A stretch of 59,330 nt of DNA from Nitrospirota bacterium (lineage in GTDB: Bacteria; Nitrospirota; Nitrospiria; Nitrospirales; NS-4), in NCBI GenBank assembly GCA_963788195.1, contig CAWBGA010000015.1, positions 1 to 59,330 of the forward strand, in the 5' to 3' direction. Below, one piece after another: positions 1-8,811 of this stretch. Under the pieces are notes generated by a model. The model was not told where the DNA came from, made no database searches, and saw only the letters and a list, made by a program, of their open reading frames with translations. Within the stretch, counting starts at the first letter, position 1. The number at the start of each line of letters is the position of its first letter. The position numbers and the translations under genes were made by a program.

Positions 1-1058
1 TTGCCGAACTGGAGCGCCGGGGTAAGGCTGACCCAGTCATCACCGTCTACGCTCCAGCCAGCGGGATCGTGCTCAAGCGCGACGCCTTGCCGGGCAAATA
101 TGTCGAGCCCGGGATTACGCTTTACGAACTCGCTGATCTGTCGACAGTCTGGATCTACGCCGACGTCTATGAATCCCAGTTAGCCGATGTGAAGCCCAAG
201 CAACAAGCCATCGCGACCTTCGATGCCTATCCGGGAACAACGTTTCAGGGAAAAGTGCAGTACATCTATCCATCTCTCAATGAAACGACACGAACCGTGC
301 GGGTACGGTTGGAACTGCCGAATTCCCAACTCAGGCTCAAACCCGGCATGTATGGAAATGTGGTGATTCAGACCGATCAGCAGGAGCGGCTAGTCGTCCC
401 GAAGGAAGCGGTGTTGGATACCGGCCTTCGTCAAATCGTGTTCGTTGACCAAGGTAAGGGGATGTACGTGCCTACTCAGGTGAAGCTGGGACGCCGCGGC
501 GAAGACAAGGTCGAGGTGCTGTCGGGTGTGAAGGAAGGAGACAAGGTTGTCACATCCGCGAATTTCTTGCTGGACGCACAAAGCAAGTTAGCTTCCACCG
601 GCAGCATGCAGGAGATGATGGGTCAGATCGGGATGGCCGACTGGCAAATGCGCGGCGCTTACGAGGCCAAAATGGAGGACATGAAAGACATGCCGAGTAT
701 GTCGTCATCCGCACCTGCGAAGCCTGTATCCGAAACCCGGAAGGCCAGCGGTTATGTCCTGACATTGAGCACCGTGCCGGCAACCCCGAAAGCGGGCGAG
801 ACTGTGTTGCGACTGAAGCTCACTGACCCGGAAGGAAAGCCGATCACGAACACCAACGTGCTGTTTGTTTATACGATGCCGATGCCGGGCATGACGGACT
901 CGAAGGTCACCGCTATCCATACCAAGGATGGCGTCTACGAGGGGAAGGCAATGCTGGGTATGGCAGGAACATGGGAAGTCAGAGTAACTGTCACAGCTCC
1001 AGGACAACCCCCTATCACGGAAAAGTTTCAATTTGCGGTTGCCGGCGGAGGCACGTAG
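1..1058 (+). CDS. cusB: CusB-like RND efflux periplasmic adaptor with C-terminal YtkA/FixH-like domain (5'-truncated by window edge)
   Basis: Frame is open from position 3 (AELERRGKADPVITVYAPASGIV...). Motifs LYELADLSTVWI, IYPSLNETTRTVRVR, LKPGMY, VVTSANFLLDA. Tail with YTMPMPGM...GVYEG...MAGTWEV. Lies directly upstream of a CusA-type gene. Confidence 0.88.
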   Translation, partial: AELERRGKADPVITVYAPASGIVLKRDALPGKYVEPGITLYELADLSTVWIYADVYESQLADVKPKQQAIATFDAYPGTTFQGKVQYIYPSLNETTRTVRVRLELPNSQLRLKPGMYGNVVIQTDQQERLVVPKEAVLDTGLRQIVFVDQGKGMYVPTQVKLGRRGEDKVEVLSGVKEGDKVVTSANFLLDAQSKLASTGSMQEMMGQIGMADWQMRGAYEAKMEDMKDMPSMSSSAPAKPVSETRKASGYVLTLSTVPATPKAGETVLRLKLTDPEGKPITNTNVLFVYTMPMPGMTDSKVTAIHTKDGVYEGKAMLGMAGTWEVRVTVTAPGQPPITEKFQFAVAGGGT

Positions 1059-1079
1059 CCGCCGGGCGCGTGAAAAAGA

Positions 1080-4000
1080 ATGATTAATTCGCTTATAGAA
1101 CGGAGCGCGCGAAACCCTGTCCTTGTCATCCTGGGCGTGCTGCTGCTGACCGCCTGGGGAGGCTGGGCGCTCTTTCATGTTCCACTGGACGCGATCCCGG
1201 ACCTGTCCGACGTCCAGGTGATCATCTACACCGAGTGGCCCGGCCGCAGTCTCACCTTGCTCGAAGATCAGATTACGTATCCCATTGTCACCGCGATGCT
1301 GGCTGGCCCGAAGGTCAAGCGGGTCCGCGGTGTGTCCGAGTACGGCTTCTCGTACGTGTACGTGATCTTTCAAGACCACACGGATCTCTATTGGGCGCGA
1401 AGTCGCGTGCTCGAGTACATGCAGAAGCTGACCGGCAAGTTGCCGGCCGGTGTTACGCCCACCTTAGGCCCTGATGCGACCGGCGTCGGCTGGGTCTTTC
1501 AATATGCCGTGGTGGATGAATCAGGACAGCATGATCTCGCGCAGTTGCGAAGCCTTCAAGACTGGTATCTCCGCTATCAGTTGGAAGCAGTGCCGGGCGT
1601 GGCCGAGGTAGCATCGGTCGGAGGCTTCGTCAAGCAGTACCAGATCGAAGTGGATCCAAACACCCTGTCGGCCTACCGGTTGCCGCTCGAAAAAGTCATT
1701 CAGGCGGTGCGGGACAGCAATGCGGAGGTCAGCGGCCGGGTGCTGGAGATGGCCGGTACCGAGTATGTGATTCGAGGCCGAGGGTACATTCAATCGGTGG
1801 CGGACATTGAGCAGATCCCACTTGGCACCGATGAGCGCGGCACGCCGATCCTGATCAAGAACATTGGCCGGGTGCAGATCGGCCCGGAGGAGCGCCGGGG
1901 TATTGCGGAACTGGACGGCAAGGGACAGACGGTGGCGGGCATTGTGGTGATGCGCGCAGGGGAAAATGCTTTGGACGTGATCACGCGGGTGAAAGCGAAA
2001 CTCGAGGCGGTCAAAGCTTCACTCCCACCCGGCGTCCAAATCATTCCTACGTATGATCGCTCCGAACTCATCCATCGTGCGATCGCGGTCCTGCGAGAGA
2101 AGCTCGTGGAAGAAAGTATCATCGTGAGCTTGGTCGCGCTGGTGTTTCTCTTTCATCTGCGAAGCGCGCTCGTCGCGATCCTTATCCTGCCTGTTGCGAT
2201 CCTGTTGGCCTTCATTCCTATGGCGTACCTCAGAATTACATCCAACATTATGTCATTGGGAGGCATCGCCATCGCGATCGGCGCGATGGTGGACGCCGCC
2301 ATCGTGATGGTCGAGAACGCGCACAAACGGCTCGAGCAGAATCCAGATGGCAATAGGACAGAAACTATTATCGCCGCCGCGCGCGAGGTCGGCCGGCCTT
2401 TGTTCTTCTCGTTATTGGTGATCGCCGTGTCCTTCCTGCCGATCTTTGCGTTAGAGGCGCAGGAAGGCCGGCTGTTCTCTCCGCTCGCCTATACCAAGAC
2501 CTTCGCGATGCTGTTTGCGACCATCCTGTCCGTGACGCTGGCCCCGGTCCTAATGGTCCTTTTGATTCGCGGCCGGATTCGGGCCGAGAGCAAAAATCCC
2601 TTGAGCCGATTACTGATCGCGGTGTACCGGCCGATCCTCTCCGGGGTACTCCATGTCCGCTGGCTCATGGTCCTGCTCGCAATCGCAGGAGTAGCGCTCA
2701 CCGTCCCGATCTTTCTCAAGCTTGGCGCGGAGTTTATGCCGCCATTGAATGAAGGGACTATTCTGTACATGCCCACTACGGTGCCGGGTCTGTCCATCAC
2801 CGAAGCAACCAAGGTGCTGCAGGTGCAGGATCGCTTACTCATGACGTTTCCTGAAGTGGAGCACGCCTTTGGCAAGATGGGGAAGTCCACGACTGCGACC
2901 GATCCAGCGTTCACCGGTATGGCGGAAATCACCGTGACGCTGAAGCCGGAGTCGCAATGGCGCGCTGGAATGACCTGGGAGCGGCTGATCGACGAGATGG
3001 ATGCCAAACTTCGGATTCCCGGCTTTCCGAACATTTGGTGGATGCCGATCCAGACGCGGACCGAGATGATTACCACCGGTGTGCGGAGCCCGATCGGCAT
3101 CAAGGTGCTGGGGCCGGATCTTAACCAGATTGAAGCGATCGGGAAACAGATCGAGCAGGTCCTGGCCCGCGTTCCCGGTACGCGCAGCGTATTTGCCGAG
3201 CGGTTGAATGAAGGCTACTACGTCGACGTGGTCGTGAATCGGCAAGAGGCAGGTCGCTACGGATTAACGGTCGGCGATGTGCAGGCCGTCATCGCCTCGG
3301 GGGTCGGCGGCGAGGCCGTCACCACGACCGTTGAAGGACGCGAGCGCTATTCGATCAGTGTGAGATACAAGCGCGAGCTGCGGGATGATCCGGAGAGCCT
3401 GAAGCGGATTCTAATTCCTACTCCCAGAGGCGCTCAGATCCCGTTAGTGCAAGTGGCTAACGTCGTGATCACGAAAGGTCCATCGATGATCACGGATGAG
3501 GGTGGCTCGCTTGCCGGCTTGGTTTCGGTGGCCGTGAGTGGCCGAGATCTGCGCGGTTATGTGAAAGAGGCGCAGGGGGCAGTCCGCGAGCATGTGCAGC
3601 TTCCCGCGGGCTACACGTTGCAATGGGCCGGGCAGTATGAGCACTTGCAGCGCGCAACCGAGCGATTGAAGCTGGTCGTGCCGGTCACGCTGGCTCTGAT
3701 CCTGTTGCTGCTCTATCTCAATTTCCGTTCAATGGCGAAGTCACTGATTGTGTTGCTGTCGGTGCCCTTTGCTGCCGTCGGAGCAATTTGGCTCCTATAT
3801 TTGCTCGGTTACAATCTCAGCGTTGCCGTATGGGTCGGTATCATTGCCCTGGCCGGCGTCGCGGCTGAAACCGGCGTCGTCATGGTGGTGTATCTCGATG
3901 AAGCCTATGATCGGTGGCAGCGTGAAGGCCGGATGGTTGACAATCAAGACCTACGCCAAGCAATCCTGGAGGGCGCCGTCCAGCGGGTGCGGCCGAAAAT

Positions 4001-4646
4001 GATGACAGTCGCCGCGATCATTGGGGGGCTTTTGCCGATTATGTGGACCACCGGTACCGGCGCTGATGTGATGAAGCGGATCGCCGCGCCGATGGTCGGC
4101 GGCATGGTGAGCTCGACTATTTTAACTCTCTTAGTGATTCCGGCGATCTATGGAATCTGGCGATCGAGAGTGTTTAAAAGTGGACACGGAGGCGTATGTC
4201 TTATGGAGAAAAGTAACTCAAACACAAAGCTCAGGAACGGAGTCATGGGCGGCGCGGTTATTGGGGCTGCTTGCGTGATGATCGTTCTTGCAGGATGTGT
4301 GACCGCTCCCAAAAGCGGATTTCTCAAGGTTCCGGCTGATAGTCCAACGGAAGTCCAGCAGCTTACCGATCAAGGCATTCGCGAGTTTGATACCGGATCA
4401 TGGACTCAAGCACAACGTCATTTTGAGCTTGCTATGAAGGCGGACCCTCAAGTGGCCCAGACGCACTATAACCTGGGGCTCGTCCTGTACCGGTTAGGAA
4501 AAGGCGTTGCCGCAGAGCAGCATTTCACCGAAGCGAGCAGGCTCGCCCCAGAGGATCCTGTCATTACAAAGTATCGCACGCTTTATGTTAGGCCTGAAGC
4601 ATTGCCTGAATCCCCACAGGAACGACCACGGAAAGGCGGCAAGTAG
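1080..4646 (+). CDS. cusA: CusA-type (Cu/Ag) heavy-metal RND permease with an in-frame ~148-aa C-terminal lipoprotein/TPR extension
   Basis: Motifs PLDAIPDLSDVQVII, GPDATGVGWVFQY, GAMVDAAIVMVEN, LYMP/GMAE/EMITTG (CusA-like Met sites) and RVRPKMMT. The RND part ends near 4170. Confidence 0.92.
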   Translation: MINSLIERSARNPVLVILGVLLLTAWGGWALFHVPLDAIPDLSDVQVIIYTEWPGRSLTLLEDQITYPIVTAMLAGPKVKRVRGVSEYGFSYVYVIFQDHTDLYWARSRVLEYMQKLTGKLPAGVTPTLGPDATGVGWVFQYAVVDESGQHDLAQLRSLQDWYLRYQLEAVPGVAEVASVGGFVKQYQIEVDPNTLSAYRLPLEKVIQAVRDSNAEVSGRVLEMAGTEYVIRGRGYIQSVADIEQIPLGTDERGTPILIKNIGRVQIGPEERRGIAELDGKGQTVAGIVVMRAGENALDVITRVKAKLEAVKASLPPGVQIIPTYDRSELIHRAIAVLREKLVEESIIVSLVALVFLFHLRSALVAILILPVAILLAFIPMAYLRITSNIMSLGGIAIAIGAMVDAAIVMVENAHKRLEQNPDGNRTETIIAAAREVGRPLFFSLLVIAVSFLPIFALEAQEGRLFSPLAYTKTFAMLFATILSVTLAPVLMVLLIRGRIRAESKNPLSRLLIAVYRPILSGVLHVRWLMVLLAIAGVALTVPIFLKLGAEFMPPLNEGTILYMPTTVPGLSITEATKVLQVQDRLLMTFPEVEHAFGKMGKSTTATDPAFTGMAEITVTLKPESQWRAGMTWERLIDEMDAKLRIPGFPNIWWMPIQTRTEMITTGVRSPIGIKVLGPDLNQIEAIGKQIEQVLARVPGTRSVFAERLNEGYYVDVVVNRQEAGRYGLTVGDVQAVIASGVGGEAVTTTVEGRERYSISVRYKRELRDDPESLKRILIPTPRGAQIPLVQVANVVITKGPSMITDEGGSLAGLVSVAVSGRDLRGYVKEAQGAVREHVQLPAGYTLQWAGQYEHLQRATERLKLVVPVTLALILLLLYLNFRSMAKSLIVLLSVPFAAVGAIWLLYLLGYNLSVAVWVGIIALAGVAAETGVVMVVYLDEAYDRWQREGRMVDNQDLRQAILEGAVQRVRPKMMTVAAIIGGLLPIMWTTGTGADVMKRIAAPMVGGMVSSTILTLLVIPAIYGIWRSRVFKSGHGGVCLMEKSNSNTKLRNGVMGGAVIGAACVMIVLAGCVTAPKSGFLKVPADSPTEVQQLTDQGIREFDTGSWTQAQRHFELAMKADPQVAQTHYNLGLVLYRLGKGVAAEQHFTEASRLAPEDPVITKYRTLYVRPEALPESPQERPRKGGK

Positions 4647-4813
4647 TGGTGGAAGCAGCAGCACCAGCGGCGGCCGATGACACTGACTTGATGAGGCAAT
4701 CTATGGCATCGCTTTTACACCACGCTTCATCGCTTAGGAGGTGAAACCCATGGAGAGGCCTATTTGTTCGGCCTATATTATGCTGGTAGCAGGTCTGGTC
4801 TAAGAGGCGGAAA

Positions 4814-5473
4814 GTGACTCGTCGTCTACTCCTCGCCGCCGGGCTTCTTATGCTTTTCCCGTCTCCGGGGACTACTGCTCAGGATAGTTCGCTGCGGACC
4901 TGGCATTTTGATGATGCTGCAGTTAACCAGCTTCCTCCTCACTTTGTACCCGGTACATTTTTCGACGGTCGCTCGGCGGGCGATTGGAAGGTGATCAAAA
5001 CGCCGAAGGCATTGAGCCCACCGCAGGTCCTCGCGCAACTTCGTGGCAAAGGCGCTGAGCACAATTACAACCTCGTTCTAATCGAAGACACAGACGCCAT
5101 GGATCTGGACATGTCCGTTTCTTTTCTGCCGATCTCAGGCAAAGCTGATATGGGTGGAGGGCTTATCTGGCGCGGCAAGGATGACCGCAATTACTATCTG
5201 ACGCGCGCCAATCCTTTGGAGCAGAATATTCGCGTCTACCATGTCGTGAACGGCATTCGAAAGATGCTCAAGAACCATGACCAAATTATCGATGTAAGAA
5301 AATGGCACCGGCTGCACGTAGTCAATCAAGGATGCCGCATCCAGGTTTTCTACGACGACATGCCGATCTTCGATCTTTGCGATCCCACCTTTAAAGAGGG
5401 CCGCATAGGGCTGTGGACAAAGTCTGACGCTGTTACCTACTTCGATGATCTTCAGCTGCAGATTTTGCAATAG
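4814..5473 (+). CDS. Secreted beta-sandwich protein (DUF1080/LamG-like)
   Basis: Signal peptide. Motifs GGGLIWRGKDDRNYYLTRANPLE and GRIGLWTKSDAVTYFDDL. Confidence 0.65.
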   Translation: MTRRLLLAAGLLMLFPSPGTTAQDSSLRTWHFDDAAVNQLPPHFVPGTFFDGRSAGDWKVIKTPKALSPPQVLAQLRGKGAEHNYNLVLIEDTDAMDLDMSVSFLPISGKADMGGGLIWRGKDDRNYYLTRANPLEQNIRVYHVVNGIRKMLKNHDQIIDVRKWHRLHVVNQGCRIQVFYDDMPIFDLCDPTFKEGRIGLWTKSDAVTYFDDLQLQILQ

Positions 5474-5508
5474 ACCAATTTCATGAAGAACTTTCTGCAG
5501 GAAAAGCT

Positions 5509-5811
5509 GTGATACGGCTGATAATCCAAGGAGGGGTCAGCCTTATGTTAGTGACAAGTTGCACGGCGCTCTCCGGCATCCCTGCGCTTGACTCTCAGGA
5601 CGGGCAAATCTACCGCCGACACTGTAGTGGCTGTCACGGCGTCCCTGATCCGCGGTTCCGCACGTTTGACGAATGGCAGCTGATCATGCCGGATATGGAG
5701 CGCAGGATCAGAGAGAAGCGTCTCACTCCTATCTCTGATCCAGAACGAGAGGCCATCCTGAGATATTTGAAGAGCTATGGAAAGGGACACGCTGTACGTC
5801 CGATAATTTGA
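5509..5811 (+). CDS. Small monoheme c-type cytochrome, probable lipoprotein
   Basis: CSGCH heme motif, lipobox-like VTSC, downstream Met (IMPDM), C-terminal AILRYL. Confidence 0.75.
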   Translation: MIRLIIQGGVSLMLVTSCTALSGIPALDSQDGQIYRRHCSGCHGVPDPRFRTFDEWQLIMPDMERRIREKRLTPISDPEREAILRYLKSYGKGHAVRPII

Positions 5812-5836
5812 CCATAGTTCACTTGCATGATATGGT
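5808..5836 (+). promoter_or_regulatory. Putative sigma70 promoter; predicted start site coincides with GTG 5843 (leaderless)
   Basis: TTGACC (5808-5813), 17-nt spacer ending TGa, TATGGT (5831-5836). Confidence 0.5.
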
Positions 5837-5842
5837 ACCGAC

Positions 5843-6295
5843 GTGAGTAGTTTTCGGTACAGAATCCACACCACTTCGCCGCGTTTTGCCATCCTCGGTT
5901 GGTTGTCGCTTTGGATGGTCGTGATCCCTTTCATGCATATCCATGCGGAAGTGGCTCATGATCATGGACAACAGGCGCATGTCCACAAAGCAGTAGCGCA
6001 CTCGATCTTCTCTGATCTATCTGGGGAGTTTGAAGAGACTGCCCATACAGAGGATGCCCTTGACCTGAATGAAGTCTCCACAGTGCCCCCCGAACATCTG
6101 GAAATAGTTTTCACGTCGCTCTTCACCTCAGCCAATGGCTTTTCGGCAAAATTCGCCGCGCTCGTCTATGTTCTGAGTCATAACGATCCCAAACAAGTGC
6201 TCAGGACCTTTCAACAGTCGGTTTTCTCAACACATGGACCTCCTTCCATCCTTTTGCTCGTTGTTCTTTCCCCGCGCGCTCCCCCTGTAGTCTAG
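5843..6295 (+). CDS. His-rich exported protein with C-terminal RAPP motif (CzcI/CutF/CruR-like leader)
   Basis: Hydrophobic N-terminal segment, HIHAEVAHDHGQQAHVH, ends SPRAPPVV*. First gene in front of czcC. Confidence 0.65.
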   Translation: MSSFRYRIHTTSPRFAILGWLSLWMVVIPFMHIHAEVAHDHGQQAHVHKAVAHSIFSDLSGEFEETAHTEDALDLNEVSTVPPEHLEIVFTSLFTSANGFSAKFAALVYVLSHNDPKQVLRTFQQSVFSTHGPPSILLLVVLSPRAPPVV

Positions 6296-6382
6296 ATCTA
6301 ACAGCGGTTTCAGCTCAATTTCGCTTCATCCTTCTTTGAGAGGGGTGAGTCTTGTCCACATTTGTTCTCTTAGGGAGAAGAC

Positions 6383-7627
6383 ATGCGTATGATCGCAATG
6401 ATCTGCATGAGCCTCTATGTGTTCATTTCGGTTAGCGTCGTTTATGCCGAGGACAGACCGAGCCCCCTTCCACAGTATGACTTGTCTCAATTGCTCTCAA
6501 TTGCGCTCGAGCATCATCCAGCGCTGGCTCTATCTGACGCCAACGTAGGAGCAAGTGAGGGCCGGCTTCGCGGCACGAAGGAATACGCCAATCCGGAGCT
6601 CTCGGTGTCGGCAGGGCCCGGGCGCGTCACTACGGGTCCCAGCAATCGTGGAATCGAAGAGAGTATCCGAGTGTTTCAACCAGTCGAATGGATGCCGAAA
6701 CGATCAGCGCGAATTCGAGCGGCTCAAGAAGCGGTCCAGGGTAGCGCTGCGCAGCATCAAGATGTGGTACGGCGCGTGACGGCCTCTGTCAGCGAGGCCT
6801 ACTTCTCTTTATTGGGTGCCCAGCGAGAATTGGGACTCACCAGTCAGACCGCCTCGACAGTTCAGCGCTTAGCCGAAACCGCGCGGAAGCGAGTGGAAGC
6901 AGGTGAGGCGCCGAAGTTTGAGCGGATCAGAGCGGAAGTGGAACTTCAACGCGTCACAAAGGACGTGGAACGTGCACGTAGCCGGGTAGCCATTGGACAA
7001 GCCGGGCTGGATGCAGAAGTCGGAGGGGCACTGGGCAAGCAGTTTGAAGTCATCGGCGACTTTCCCGAGGGGAACATCAACTGGGATTTGGCTGAGGTCA
7101 TGAAAGCGGCGGATCGTCATCCGTCACTACTTGCCCGTGAGCGCGAGGAGGCGGAACGGCAGGAGCAACTCCGTGTTGCTCGAACGTCGCGGGTGCCAGA
7201 TGTGGCCGTATTTGGGACCTTCGAACGCGAGATTGATCGCGAAAGTTATCGCGCGGGGCTCACGATCCCGTTACCCATCTGGTCCCAGCGACAAGGAGCG
7301 ATTGCCGAAGCGACCGCTGGAGCACGCCGCGCCACCGCCCAGGTGCACCAAACAAAGGTAGAGCTTCGAAAAGACGTGATCCACGCCTTCGAACAGTATC
7401 GGATCGCCAAGTCCCAACTCGAGTTGTTCCGTAAAGGACTGCTGCGTCAAGCGGAGGAAGCGGCAGAGATTGCCAGAAAGAGCTATCGAGTTGGCGAGGT
7501 AAGCCTGCTTGAGCTGTTCGAGGCGCAGCGCGTCGCCTTGCAAGTGACCCGTGAATACTATCAAGCCCAAGTCGATCTGGCTTTGGCCATTACCACTCTG
7601 GAGCGTCTGACGGGAGGAATACCATGA
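6383..7627 (+). CDS. czcC: TolC/CzcC-family outer-membrane efflux protein
   Basis: Signal peptide. Motifs YANPEL, GLTIPLPIW, SYRVGEVSLLELFEAQR. Overlaps the adaptor gene start (ATGA). Confidence 0.9.
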   Translation: MRMIAMICMSLYVFISVSVVYAEDRPSPLPQYDLSQLLSIALEHHPALALSDANVGASEGRLRGTKEYANPELSVSAGPGRVTTGPSNRGIEESIRVFQPVEWMPKRSARIRAAQEAVQGSAAQHQDVVRRVTASVSEAYFSLLGAQRELGLTSQTASTVQRLAETARKRVEAGEAPKFERIRAEVELQRVTKDVERARSRVAIGQAGLDAEVGGALGKQFEVIGDFPEGNINWDLAEVMKAADRHPSLLAREREEAERQEQLRVARTSRVPDVAVFGTFEREIDRESYRAGLTIPLPIWSQRQGAIAEATAGARRATAQVHQTKVELRKDVIHAFEQYRIAKSQLELFRKGLLRQAEEAAEIARKSYRVGEVSLLELFEAQRVALQVTREYYQAQVDLALAITTLERLTGGIP

Positions 7628-8811
7628 CGTGCAGGCGCTGCGCGGCCATGATGCGCCCATTGATATTCGCGATGATGGTGACGAATTGCTCGGACCATGG
7701 CGCGGAGCCCCCATCGTCACAGGCGCCCTCTTCCTCGCCACAGCCGATTGCCGAGCAATTCATCGCTGAGTCACAGGTGCCCGCCGTGACAAAGTCGCGC
7801 ATCAAGATCGAGCCGGTGACCCTCCGCAGCATCCCGGAAGTCGTGAGCGCTCCTGGCGAAGTGTCCCTTGATCTGAAGCGCGCCGCAAAGGTAGCTCCCC
7901 GCATCGAGGGCAAAGTAGAACATCTCTACGTCTTTCTCGGCGACCACGTTCGAAAAGGACAATCGCTCGCATCTATCGGAAGCCCGCGATTGGATGAACT
8001 GGTCCAAGATTATCTCATAGCCAAAAGTCAGACCGAGACGGCGGAGAGTAATTTCCGACGCACCCAAAAACTAGCGGATGAAGGCATTGCGCCTGAGCGA
8101 CGGCTGATTGAAGAGCGAGGCCGCTATCGGGAAGTCAATACCCGCTATCAGCACATGCGGGAGAAACTTCTTGCCCTCGGCATGACGCCGGACGAGCTCC
8201 GCGCATTGGAACGCGCTAACCATGAAGAGAGTCACCGCTACCTCCTGAAGTCTCCCATCGCCGGCACCATTGTGAAACAAAATGTGGTGCTCGGCCAAGG
8301 AGTCTCGCCCGAAAAGGAGCTCTTTGAAGTGGTAGACACCACTCACGTGTGGGTGTTTGCGCACTTACCTATCGAGCAGGCCAGCCGGTTGAAGCCCGGC
8401 GACCCTGGAACCATTGTTCGAAAGGGCGGTGACACCGTGCCGACAGTCTTGCGCGACATCTCTCCAGTCGCCGATAACACAACCCGGACCATCCGCGTGC
8501 GATTCGATGTGCCGAATCCAGAACAGCGGTTGAAACCGAACGAATACGTGGAGGTACAACTGACGAAAGACAGCACTGCGCTGTTGGCAATCCCGGCCAC
8601 GGCGATCACCCTTATTCAGAAGACTCGTGGCGCCTTCGTCCTGCGCGACAACGGCTATACCTTTTTGCCGCTGGAAGTCGGTCGGGAAGAAGGAGCGTGG
8701 GCCGAAGTTCGTAAAGGCTTGAGCGAAGGGGATAAGGTCGTGACCTCCGGGGTGTTTGATTTGAAGAGTCTGCTGCTGAAAGAGGCGATCCAGACGGGAG
8801 AGGAGGGCTAG
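7624..8811 (+). CDS. czcB: CzcB-like RND periplasmic adaptor
   Basis: Motifs KVAPRIEGKV, LKSPIAGTI, TRTIRVR, GLSEGDKVVTSG. Confidence 0.9.
   Translation: MTCRRCAAMMRPLIFAMMVTNCSDHGAEPPSSQAPSSSPQPIAEQFIAESQVPAVTKSRIKIEPVTLRSIPEVVSAPGEVSLDLKRAAKVAPRIEGKVEHLYVFLGDHVRKGQSLASIGSPRLDELVQDYLIAKSQTETAESNFRRTQKLADEGIAPERRLIEERGRYREVNTRYQHMREKLLALGMTPDELRALERANHEESHRYLLKSPIAGTIVKQNVVLGQGVSPEKELFEVVDTTHVWVFAHLPIEQASRLKPGDPGTIVRKGGDTVPTVLRDISPVADNTTRTIRVRFDVPNPEQRLKPNEYVEVQLTKDSTALLAIPATAITLIQKTRGAFVLRDNGYTFLPLEVGREEGAWAEVRKGLSEGDKVVTSGVFDLKSLLLKEAIQTGEEG

Noticed and set aside
4704..4718. Sigma54 promoter TGGCATCGCTTTTAC
   Set aside because: It lacks the invariant -12 GC.
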